This document shows positions 8,443 to 17,831 of a stretch of 54,245 nt of DNA, piece after piece (position 1 is the first letter of the stretch; the number at the start of each line of letters is the position of its first letter). Origin of the DNA: a virus (Duplodnaviria > Caudoviricetes). The position numbers and the translations under genes were made by a program. The DNA lies in IMG/VR virus record IMGVR_UViG_3300046170_000042, positions 1 to 54,245 of that record; one strand, written 5' to 3'. A model generated the notes under the pieces. It saw nothing but the letters and a program-made list of their open reading frames with translations. It ran no database searches and had not been told where the DNA came from.

Positions 8443-10579
8443 ATGGCAGAAGATGAAAATGTAATGATTGAAGACGATGCTATCTCACTAGAAGATGTAG
8501 ACGATAGCAATGTTGAAGATGCGGATGTTTCTTCTATTATACCTTTTATTAAAGATAGATTTAAACGAGCAGAAGATTATAGATATCAAGATGAACAGCG
8601 TTGGCTAAAAGCCTATCGCAATTACCGTGGGTTATACGGACCTGACGTAGCTTTTACTGAATCTGAAAAGTCACGGGTCTTTATTAAAGTTACTAAAACA
8701 AAAACACTTGCGGCTTATGGTCAAATTGTTGATGTACTTTTTGCTAATAATAGGTTTCCTTTATCTGTTGACCCTACTGAATTACCAGAAGGAGTTGTTG
8801 CAGATGTCAACTTTGACCCTAAAGAACCAGAGCAATTGCGTGGTGATACTTCATTAAGTAGTCCATATGGATTTGCAGGTGATGGTAAAGACCTACCAGC
8901 AGGTGCTACTGCAAAGACACTAGAAGAAATGCTTGGTCCTTTAACGGACAAATTAAGCGGTATAGACGGGCTTAAAGAAGGGTCCGGGCATGACACCTAC
9001 CTCAGTGACCTTTAGCCCAGCTATGGTGGCTGCAAAGATGATGCAGAAGAAGATACATGACCAGCTAGAAGAATCTGGTGCAAGTAAGCATCTTAGAAAC
9101 TCTGCATTTGAAATGTCATTATTTGGAACTGGTGTTATGAAAGGTCCATTTGCTGTTGACAAAGAATATCCTAACTGGAATGAGGATGGTGAATATGACC
9201 CAGTTTTCAAAACAATGCCACAAGTTTCCCATGTTTCTGTATGGAATTTCTATCCTGACCCTGATGCCAATAATATGGATGAAGCGCAGTATGTCATTGA
9301 ACGACACAAGATGTCAAGGTCGCAATTACGGAATCTTAAAAAGAGGCCGATGTTCAGAGCAAATGTAATTGATGAAGTCATTCAGATGGGTGAGAACTAC
9401 ATCAAAGAATACTGGGAAGATGATTTATCTGACTATGCACCAGAACACGGTGTAGAAAGATTTGACGTACTAGAATACTGGGGTATGGTAGATACAGATG
9501 CTATGGAAGAAGCAGGTGTTGAGATACCTAAAGAACTAATGGAGTTAGATGAGTTACAAGCAAACGTGTGGATTTGTAATGGTAAGTTACTACGTATGGT
9601 GCTTAACCCATTTAAACCTGCTAGGATACCATATCATGCCGCACCTTATGAGCTAAACCCATACTCATTCTTTGGTGTAGGTATAGCTGAAAACATGGAC
9701 GATACACAGACTTTGATGAATGGCTTTATGCGTATGGCGGTTGACAATGCTGTATTGTCTGGCAATCTTATTGTAGAGGTGGATGAAACAAACCTAGTGC
9801 CGGGTCAAGACTTGTCACTATATCCCGGCAAGGTGTTCCGAAGACAAGGTGGCGCACCCGGTCAGGCTATATTTGGTACAAAGTTCCCGAATGTGTCTAG
9901 TGAAAACATGATGCTGTTTGACAAGGCTCGTGTACTTGCAGATGAAAGCACAGGCTTCCCATCGTTTGCACATGGACAAACAGGTGTGCAAGGTGTAGGT
10001 AGAACTGCGTCAGGCATATCTATGTTAATGAATGCCGCAGCAGGTGGCACAAAAACTGTTATAAAGAATGTGGATGATTATCTACTACGTCCTCTAGGAG
10101 AAGGACTGTTTAGATTTAATATGCAGTTTGATTTTGACCCACAAATAAAAGGTGACTTAGAAGTAAGAGCAAGAGGTACAGAAAGTCTAATGGCTAACGA
10201 AGTACGTAGTCAGAGACTAATGCAGTTCTTACAGGTAGCAAGCAATCCAGCACTTGCACCGTTTGCTAAGTTTCAATACATTATCCGTGAGATTGCAAAG
10301 TCTATGGAGTTAGACCCCGACAAAGTTACCAACAATATGAATGAAGCAGCTATTCAGGCAGAACTGATGAAAGGCTTCCAACAAGAACAGCCACAAGAAC
10401 AAGGCGCACCAGCAGGGGCTAATCCGCTAGACCCAACAGGTGCAGGTGGTGGTAACATAGGAACAGGACAAGTACCAGTTCCGGGCGAACAAGGATTTAG
10501 TGCAAATGGACAGACAGCAGGTACTCAGCAAACTCAAGCCCCTAGTGAACAACAACCGCCAGTGGGAAGCGTTCAGTGA
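8443..10579 (+). CDS. Portal protein, split by a +1 G at ~8980
   Basis: ORFs 8422-9015 and 8990-10579 join as ...LKEGPGMTPTSVTF... on removing one G; follows terL; SFFGVGIAE and RTASGISML portal-like motifs. Confidence 0.88.
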
Positions 10580-10739
10580 TTATATAGACTTAACAATAGA
10601 ACAGCATCAGAAAGTGTTGGAACAAACAGATGATTCAATACTAGTACATAGACAACAAGGCGCAATAGCAGTACTCCGAAAACTTAAATATCTACGGGAT
10701 GAAGTAAATGGCACTAAAGGAACAAATGGAACTATTTGA
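10506..10739 (+). CDS. Small helical protein downstream of portal
   Basis: HRQQGAIAVLRKLKYLR motif typical of post-portal small proteins. Confidence 0.7.
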   Translation: MDRQQVLSKLKPLVNNNRQWEAFSDYIDLTIEQHQKVLEQTDDSILVHRQQGAIAVLRKLKYLRDEVNGTKGTNGTI

Positions 10740-12936
10740 AGATGGCGGTCTTAAAGACGAAGGCAATACAATAGACCCCATATCTGGTAATGATGTTCCA
10801 CCCGGCTCTACACAAGAAGAAGTACGAGATGATATACCTGCACAATTAAGTGAAGGCGAGTTTGTATTTCCTGCTGACGTAGTACGTTACATAGGTCTTG
10901 AAAAGTTAATGCAGATGAGACAGCAAGCTAAGATGGGTTTGCAAACAATGGATGACATGGGGCAAATGGGTAATAATGATGAAGCTATTATACCAGATAC
11001 TATACCATTTGAACTATCAGACCTTGACATGGAAGATGACTTAGTGGAAATGCAACAAGGTGGTTTGTTAGACCCTAAATCTCCATCTGTAGGGATAGAC
11101 CCAATAAAAGAACCAGATGAAGAAAAAGAAAAAAGTGGTTTATTAGACCCTGTTAAATCAAAAGTAGATAGTAACATACTTACACGTGATGTTGAACAAG
11201 ATGATATATCTAATTTACCTATGACATATACACCAGCTACACAACAAGATGTTCCTATGCAACCTGATTATTCAGGATTAACTTACAAAGATGTTATGCC
11301 TGAAATAACACCATCCTATTTTAAAACGGGAGAAAGAAGTTATAGACCTGCAACATCAACGGCAACTCCTGAAACAGTTACACCAACTGTATCAACTCCG
11401 TCAGAACCTGCTCTTACTATAGAAGAGCAAGATATATTATATGAACCACCTGCACCAGCAGCTCCACCAACTACACCATCTGGTTTAACTCCTGATGACC
11501 CTGAGTCACCTTTTAATTTAGAAAATACTTCTGGATACAAGGGAGATACAGTTCAAGAACAACAGACCACTTCTGATGAACAGATGGCAGATTTATTTGA
11601 AGGTCCTACACAGGCTGAACAAGACGCACAGGAACTTATAAATATAGACCCTGTTCGTGATGAAGTGTTTAACCAGTTTAATAATTTAGGAGAAGTAGAT
11701 AAATCTAAAATATATGATGCTTATGGTATAGACCAAGGTAACTTTGAAAGTCTTTTAAATAAAGCAGGAACAAATTTCATTAAGCAATTTACAACTAGTG
11801 TGGTTGGAGGTATGGTTGGGGGTATTCCCGGATTACTAACAGGAAGTCAAGTAGGAAAATTATTTGAGGATAAAGACGAGGATACACCAAAAGACCCCGT
11901 ACTTACAGGTACACAAACTGTAAATCGTGAAAGGGCGGCAATGGCTCTTGGCATAGAGATGACAGGTGAAGTAGGACACGGTAAAGGTGATATAGACCCA
12001 GTAACAGGATACGTATATAATAGATATGGTGTGCCTATTAATCCTTCTACAGGTGATGCATTAAATAAAATTAAATTTGCTGATTTGGATTCTTTGTCAA
12101 AAAGTTTACAGGCTAATGGAAAATCAGGATGGCGAGGTGGTTATATAGGCACTAAAGACAGTAACAGATATAAAAATTTAAATGACATACAAAAAGCAAA
12201 CTATGATAAATATGTTACTGAACTTGATAAGATATATGGGTTTACGGATGAACCAGCTACATATGCAACAACACAGCAAGTAGCAGGTAGACCTCTTAAA
12301 ATAGATGATGAGGATGCAGGTGGAAAAACTCCATCACCAGAATTTACTACACCTGCAACCTACGACCAAATAATGCAAGAACTAATGGATGAAGATGCAG
12401 ATATTACGGATAACACGGGTGTAGATATATTTGGAAATGTTGTTGTATCTGCTAAAAGTAATGTGGGTAGACCAGAGGATGTGGCATCTGACCAAGCACT
12501 AGCTAATATGTATGAGGGTGTAGGTGAGGTTGATAAAGACATGTATGATGAAGCTTTATTTCAAGCAACCCAAGCAGACATAAGCAAAGCTATACAGGAA
12601 GAAAAAGCATTAGAAAGAGAACAAGAAAAAAAACAAGAAGACGCAAGATTAGCCGCTATCGCTGAAGCTAATAAAATTAAAGATTTAGAGGCAAAAAGAA
12701 AAGCAGATGCAAAAAGAAAAGCAGAAGCTGCGGCACTAGCGGCAGAAGTAGCAAGAATGAAAAGACTAGAAGAGCAAAGAATAGCTAAAGAAAAAAAGCA
12801 AGATAAAAAAGAAGAAAAAAAGAGAAAAGAATTAGAAGACAGGTACGATTCTTTTGATAATGCAAAAGGTGGTTTAATACCCAAGAAGAAACCAAAGCCT
12901 AAGAAGATGAGGTCAGGTGGATTAGCCTCAAGATAA
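10708..12936 (+). CDS. Large, probably internal virion or head-maturation protein with an N-terminal 'DDIPAQLSEGEFV' domain and four xxGGL motifs
   Basis: 742 aa between portal and scaffold; acidic and low-complexity middle, coiled-coil C-terminus. Confidence 0.75.
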   Translation: MALKEQMELFEDGGLKDEGNTIDPISGNDVPPGSTQEEVRDDIPAQLSEGEFVFPADVVRYIGLEKLMQMRQQAKMGLQTMDDMGQMGNNDEAIIPDTIPFELSDLDMEDDLVEMQQGGLLDPKSPSVGIDPIKEPDEEKEKSGLLDPVKSKVDSNILTRDVEQDDISNLPMTYTPATQQDVPMQPDYSGLTYKDVMPEITPSYFKTGERSYRPATSTATPETVTPTVSTPSEPALTIEEQDILYEPPAPAAPPTTPSGLTPDDPESPFNLENTSGYKGDTVQEQQTTSDEQMADLFEGPTQAEQDAQELINIDPVRDEVFNQFNNLGEVDKSKIYDAYGIDQGNFESLLNKAGTNFIKQFTTSVVGGMVGGIPGLLTGSQVGKLFEDKDEDTPKDPVLTGTQTVNRERAAMALGIEMTGEVGHGKGDIDPVTGYVYNRYGVPINPSTGDALNKIKFADLDSLSKSLQANGKSGWRGGYIGTKDSNRYKNLNDIQKANYDKYVTELDKIYGFTDEPATYATTQQVAGRPLKIDDEDAGGKTPSPEFTTPATYDQIMQELMDEDADITDNTGVDIFGNVVVSAKSNVGRPEDVASDQALANMYEGVGEVDKDMYDEALFQATQADISKAIQEEKALEREQEKKQEDARLAAIAEANKIKDLEAKRKADAKRKAEAAALAAEVARMKRLEEQRIAKEKKQDKKEEKKRKELEDRYDSFDNAKGGLIPKKKPKPKKMRSGGLASR

Positions 12937-13012
12937 TTAATCCACATTAACTGGCTACCTAACTCCCCACCCCAACGTGGCTACGGTTAGCCCCAGAAAA
13001 AGGAGACATAGT

Positions 13013-13882
13013 ATGTCTGACACAATCATGGCTGAAGAAATGCAGCCCCAAAAGAAAGCAGCATTTGTATCTAAACCTTATTCACAAGAGGAACGCATTA
13101 AGCGTGACGAAGAAGAGTTAGAACAGATGATGAAAGAGCAGAAAGGTGAAGTAGAAAATGCTAAACCTGAAGAAGCAGAACCTACTAACGCAGAAGAAAA
13201 AACTTTTAAGAAAAGATACTCTGACTTACGTAGGCATCAACAGAAACAATCTGAAGAATTTAAAGCAGAACTGGAAAGTTTAAAACGCCAGTTATCTGAA
13301 GCTACTAAAAAAGAAATGAAGTTGCCTAAGTCCGATGAGGACATTGAAAAATGGGCAACAGAATATCCTGATGTAGCACAAATAGTAGAAACAATTGCTA
13401 TGAAGAAAGCTAGAGAACAATCTAGTGATTTAGAAGAAAGAATAAAAGCAATTGATGAGATGCAACTTTCGGCTATGAAGGAGAAAGCAGAAGCCGAATT
13501 GATGAGACTACATCCTGACTTTGGTGATATCAGAGACAGTGATGACTTTCACGAGTGGGCAGAAGAACAACCTAAATGGGTGCAGGAGGCACTATACGAG
13601 AATGACAACGATGCAAAATCTGCCGCACGAGCAATTGACTTATATAAGTCAGATAGAAATATTAGCAAAGCAAAATCAAGCAAAAATGGCAAAGGTGCTG
13701 CTGAAGCGGTTAATACGAAAAATACAAGGACTAAGCCACAAGAGAATGAGGCTTCTTCCTTCCTGAAAGAATCAGATGTCCAAAAGATGTCACCACAAGA
13801 ATACGAAAAACAATCAGACGAAATAATGGAAGCCATTAGGTCTGGTAAGTTTATCTACGATATATCTGGCTCTGCTAGATAA
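13013..13882 (+). CDS. Capsid scaffolding protein
   Basis: Acidic coiled coil, FKKRYSDLRR and HPDF motifs; directly before capsid gene; AAGGAG RBS. Confidence 0.8.
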   Translation: MSDTIMAEEMQPQKKAAFVSKPYSQEERIKRDEEELEQMMKEQKGEVENAKPEEAEPTNAEEKTFKKRYSDLRRHQQKQSEEFKAELESLKRQLSEATKKEMKLPKSDEDIEKWATEYPDVAQIVETIAMKKAREQSSDLEERIKAIDEMQLSAMKEKAEAELMRLHPDFGDIRDSDDFHEWAEEQPKWVQEALYENDNDAKSAARAIDLYKSDRNISKAKSSKNGKGAAEAVNTKNTRTKPQENEASSFLKESDVQKMSPQEYEKQSDEIMEAIRSGKFIYDISGSAR

Positions 13883-13888
13883 AAACTG

Positions 13889-13918
13889 TTGACAAAGAAA
13901 TATTTACAGGTATAACTA
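13889..13918 (+). promoter_or_regulatory. Promoter for the capsid operon, TTGACA-N16-TATAACTA
   Basis: Intergenic, ~200 nt upstream of capsid ATG. Confidence 0.6.
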
Positions 13919-14118
13919 TAGTCAACACGTGTAGATGGAATAGCTATCTGTCTACACAAATTCCAGCAAACGAACAACGTCTTCGGATTACCTAATGGAA
14001 TTGGCCTGTTGAAAGTTTAGGCGGCCACCTTAACTGAATGCACACCCAATGAAATTAGCCTCTAATAGTCTTGTGAGTTTGTATCTGTAACAATGCTAAT
14101 AACTTAGGAGAACATATC

Positions 14119-15222
14119 ATGGCATTTACAACCGCTGCTGGGTATGGTAATCTTCCTAACGGTAACTTTAGCCCAGTTATTTACAGCAAACAGGTACAAC
14201 TTGCTTTCCGCAAGTCTGCCGTTGCTGAAGCAATTTCAAACTCCGATTACTTCGGTGAGATTGCTAACATGGGTGATTCCGTTAAGATTATCAAAGAACC
14301 CGAAATTTCAGTTCAAGCCTACAGTCGTGGAACAACAATTACTCCACAAGACTTGGACGATGAAGACTTTTCATTAACTATTGACAAAGCTAATTACTTT
14401 GCATTTAAAGTTGATGATATCGAAGAAGCACATTCACATGTGAATTTTCAATCACTAGCATCAGACCGTGCGGCATACCGTTTAGCTGACCAGTTTGACC
14501 AAGAGGTTCTTGGTTACTTGTCAGGTTTTAAGCAGTCTGCTTTACATGCAAATGCTAATGCTGTTAACACAACTGTTAATGGTTCAAAGGCTGTAACAAC
14601 AGCATCTGATGGTGCAAACTTAGTTGGTGCTGAATTGCTTACAACTATGGCACTAGATGCGTCAGACTTCGTTGCAGAAGATGGAAGTGCAGGTTCTGCC
14701 AATAACTCTATAGGTATTAAACCAAGAGTGCCGGGTCAGACAACTGCAACCATGCATGCAACTACAGGTGGTCTAGCAAGTCCGTTGCAAATTCTTGCAC
14801 GGATGTCACGTCTACTTGACCAACAGAATGTAGATACTCAAGGACGTTGGATTGTTCTTGACCCAGTATTTATTGAAGTTCTAAAGGATGAAGACTCACG
14901 TCTTCTAAATTCAGACTTTGGTGGTTCTGGACTACAGAATGGTCTTGTTATAAATAACCTTCACGGTTTCCAAGTGTATCAGTCGAATAACCTACCTTCA
15001 TTAGGTACAGGTTCTTCAACAACTGGTGGTCCTAATACTACTAACTTGGGTGTAATCGTGGCTGGTCATACTTCTGCTATTGCTACTGCAGAGCAGATTA
15101 ACAAGACTGAAACTTACCGTGACCCTGACAGCTTTGCTGACATTGTTCGTGGTATGCACTTATACGGTAGAAAGATTCTTCGTCCTGAAGCAATCGTAAC
15201 TGCCGCATACAACTTAGCGTAA
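14119..15222 (+). CDS. Major capsid protein
   Basis: NFSPVIYSK, GDSVKII, C-terminal DIVRGMHLYGRKILRPE; AGGAG RBS; follows scaffold. Confidence 0.92.
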   Translation: MAFTTAAGYGNLPNGNFSPVIYSKQVQLAFRKSAVAEAISNSDYFGEIANMGDSVKIIKEPEISVQAYSRGTTITPQDLDDEDFSLTIDKANYFAFKVDDIEEAHSHVNFQSLASDRAAYRLADQFDQEVLGYLSGFKQSALHANANAVNTTVNGSKAVTTASDGANLVGAELLTTMALDASDFVAEDGSAGSANNSIGIKPRVPGQTTATMHATTGGLASPLQILARMSRLLDQQNVDTQGRWIVLDPVFIEVLKDEDSRLLNSDFGGSGLQNGLVINNLHGFQVYQSNNLPSLGTGSSTTGGPNTTNLGVIVAGHTSAIATAEQINKTETYRDPDSFADIVRGMHLYGRKILRPEAIVTAAYNLA

Positions 15223-15236
15223 GGGAGGATTGAGAT

Positions 15237-15731
15237 ATGGCTGCAACAACAACCGTGTTGGCAACAACAAATACTAATCATGGTCCTACCTATGGTGTAA
15301 GTTCACGTGTTAAACCTTATCTAGTTGAGCAAACAATTAACTTTGCAGACCAGAATATCGATGCCAATGGTAGTACCATTGAGTGTGTAGATATTCCTGC
15401 AAACTGTGTATGTATGTTTGCTGGTATTGAGGTAGTGACTGCTCTTACCAATACAGCAAGTGATGCTACTGTGGACTTAGGTCCTAAGAGTGGTGACGTT
15501 GATGCTTGGGTAGATGGTTTTGACATTGACGGTGCATCTGCAGGTACATACGCAACTGTACTTGTAGCTACCGCAAATCCACAAGTTGTGGATGGTGCTG
15601 ACCCATTAATACTAACTTTTGCAGGTACTGCTGGTACAATTAGCGCAGGTGTGCTACGTGTATTTGCAGTTGTTATGCCTGTCGGTGGCTTAGATAAAGC
15701 TACTGAAGTAAGTCGTGATGCACTCGCTTAA
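15237..15731 (+). CDS. Putative capsid decoration / minor capsid protein
   Basis: Beta-rich 164 aa, strong GGAGG RBS, cotranscribed with capsid up to a terminator. Confidence 0.65.
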   Translation: MAATTTVLATTNTNHGPTYGVSSRVKPYLVEQTINFADQNIDANGSTIECVDIPANCVCMFAGIEVVTALTNTASDATVDLGPKSGDVDAWVDGFDIDGASAGTYATVLVATANPQVVDGADPLILTFAGTAGTISAGVLRVFAVVMPVGGLDKATEVSRDALA

Positions 15732-15740
15732 CTTAAATAG

Positions 15741-15766
15741 GGGGCAGGGAAACTTGCCCCTTTCTT
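15741..15766 (+). terminator. Rho-independent terminator after capsid genes
   Basis: GGGGCAGG-GAAA-CTTGCCCC stem-loop followed by TTTCTT. Confidence 0.8.
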
Positions 15767-15785
15767 AACTTTATAGGAGAAAAGA

Positions 15786-16172
15786 ATGTCTGCAAAATCC
15801 GATTATTTGGAATTAAAAGTGTTAGACCATTTCTTAGGAACATCAGCAACATCAGCACCTAGCAACGTATATCTTGCTTTACATACTGCTGACCCTACAG
15901 ACGCAGGTAGTGGAGCAGAAGTATCGGGAAACGGATATGCTAGGCAAGCAATTACATTTGCCGCAGCTTCTGGTGGTTCTGCCGCAAGTAGTTCAGCAGA
16001 AGAATTTACAGCAAGCGGTGGAAATTTTGGAACTATAACACACTTTGGTATATGGGATGCTAGTACTTCAGGCAACTTATTATATCATGGTGCGCTGACA
16101 GCTTCAAAAACAATTGCTGATGGTGATACACTAAGATTTGCATCAGGTAATATAACTATAACAGAGGCATAA
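15786..16172 (+). CDS. Virion structural / fibre-associated protein
   Basis: YLALHTADP...EVSGNGYARQ...ITHFGIWDA...GNLLY motifs of a common phage fibre-base family. Confidence 0.75.
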   Translation: MSAKSDYLELKVLDHFLGTSATSAPSNVYLALHTADPTDAGSGAEVSGNGYARQAITFAAASGGSAASSSAEEFTASGGNFGTITHFGIWDASTSGNLLYHGALTASKTIADGDTLRFASGNITITEA

Positions 16173-16176
16173 TACA

Positions 16177-17814
16177 ATGGCTTTGGTAGTCGCTGACAGA
16201 GTAAAAGAAACTACTACTACGACTAGTACAGGTACATACACTCTTGCAGGTGCGGTTACTGGTTTTGAATCTTTTGCATCAATTGGAAATGGAAATACTA
16301 CTTACTACTGTTGTACGGACGGGAGTGATTTTGAGGTAGGTATAGGAACGTATACCTCTTCAGGAACTACTCTTGCCCGTACAACTATTTTGCAGTCCAG
16401 TAATTCGGATAGTGCCGTCAACTGGGGTTCAGGTACACGAGATATATTTGTAACACAACCTGCAGAAAAAGCAGTATACAAAGAAGCAAGTGAATACGTA
16501 GATGCATTTTTGTTGTCTAGCAGTTATGGAAGTTCTTCTAGTCCTATAAATTTTACAGTAACTGTAGCATCTAAAACAGCGGCACACCCATACTACGGAG
16601 ATGGAAGTAGTAGTGCTTACTTTATAAACGGTGTTGAATCACCTGCGTTAACACTATCTGGTGTTGATAACGTAACCGCTAATTCAGAATATTACTATAG
16701 ATTTACTCTTAGCTCAAGTGATATGTCAAGTCATCCGTTTAGGCTTTACTTAGACGCAGATAAAACAACAGCATATACAACAGGTGTCACAACAACAAGC
16801 ACATACTTACAGATAGCAGTAACTGAAGATACTCCAAACATACTATATTATCAATGTTCAAGTCATGCTTACATGGGTAATCATGCGATTGTTCTTGGTT
16901 CTAATAAGATAAATCATTCAGAAGCACTCTTGACATTTCCCACAACTTCTGGTACACTAGTAGGCACAGGAGATACAGGTTCTGTTGCTACAGGTATGAT
17001 AGCAGATGATGCTGTCACAGCCGATAAACTTGCTAACACTTCTGTTAGTGCAGGTAGTTACACTAACACTAGTATCACTGTGGATGCACAAGGAAGACTT
17101 ACTGCCGCAAGCACAGGTTCAGGTGGTGGCGGTATAACTGTTCAAGAAGAAGGTAGCTCACTATCTACTACTGCAACCACATTAAACTTCGTAGGTACTA
17201 ACGTAACAGCATCAGGAACAGGTGCAACTAAAACTATTACAGTTAGCGGTGGTGGTAGTGGAACACCTATTACTATAAATACATATGAATACACAGCTAC
17301 AGCTAATCAAACAACTTTTAGTGGTAGCGATGCTAATTCATCTACACTATCTTATACTGCAGGAAATATATTTGTATATTTAAATGGGGTGTTACTAGTA
17401 GATACAGACGACTATACTGCTACTAACGGCACATCTATAGTTTTACAATCGGGTGTGGCTGTTAATGATAAAGTACAAATTGCTTCATTTTTTGGGAGTA
17501 CTGTTAAAAGTATTAATACACAGACAGGAACAACATATACTCCAGTTTTAACTGATGATGCTAAGTTAATAACTTTAAATAATGGTTCGGCAATTACACT
17601 TACAATACCACCAAATTCTAGTGTAGCTTATCCTATTGGCACACAATTAGAATTTATTCAAATAGGGGCTGGGCAAGTAACAGTAGCAGGTGGTGCTGGT
17701 GTTACGGTTAATTCAACACCAACATTAAAACTTCGTACACAACACAGTCAAGCAAGCTGTATTAAAATTGCATCAGATACGTGGCAGTTATTTGGAGATT
17801 TAGCTGCAAGTTAA
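16177..17814 (+). CDS. Mosaic fibre protein with a cupredoxin-like module
   Basis: ADRVKETT N-terminus; HPF...YYQCSSHAYMG; ITVDAQGRLTAAS; ATANQTTF...VYLNGV modules. Confidence 0.75.
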   Translation: MALVVADRVKETTTTTSTGTYTLAGAVTGFESFASIGNGNTTYYCCTDGSDFEVGIGTYTSSGTTLARTTILQSSNSDSAVNWGSGTRDIFVTQPAEKAVYKEASEYVDAFLLSSSYGSSSSPINFTVTVASKTAAHPYYGDGSSSAYFINGVESPALTLSGVDNVTANSEYYYRFTLSSSDMSSHPFRLYLDADKTTAYTTGVTTTSTYLQIAVTEDTPNILYYQCSSHAYMGNHAIVLGSNKINHSEALLTFPTTSGTLVGTGDTGSVATGMIADDAVTADKLANTSVSAGSYTNTSITVDAQGRLTAASTGSGGGGITVQEEGSSLSTTATTLNFVGTNVTASGTGATKTITVSGGGSGTPITINTYEYTATANQTTFSGSDANSSTLSYTAGNIFVYLNGVLLVDTDDYTATNGTSIVLQSGVAVNDKVQIASFFGSTVKSINTQTGTTYTPVLTDDAKLITLNNGSAITLTIPPNSSVAYPIGTQLEFIQIGAGQVTVAGGAGVTVNSTPTLKLRTQHSQASCIKIASDTWQLFGDLAAS

Positions 17815-17831
17815 TGAGGATAATTAATTGA

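Noticed and set aside
8970-8995. Portal split as a programmed frameshift
   Set aside because: A single extra G in a short G-run restores an essential gene; no slippery heptamer seen; likely sequencing error
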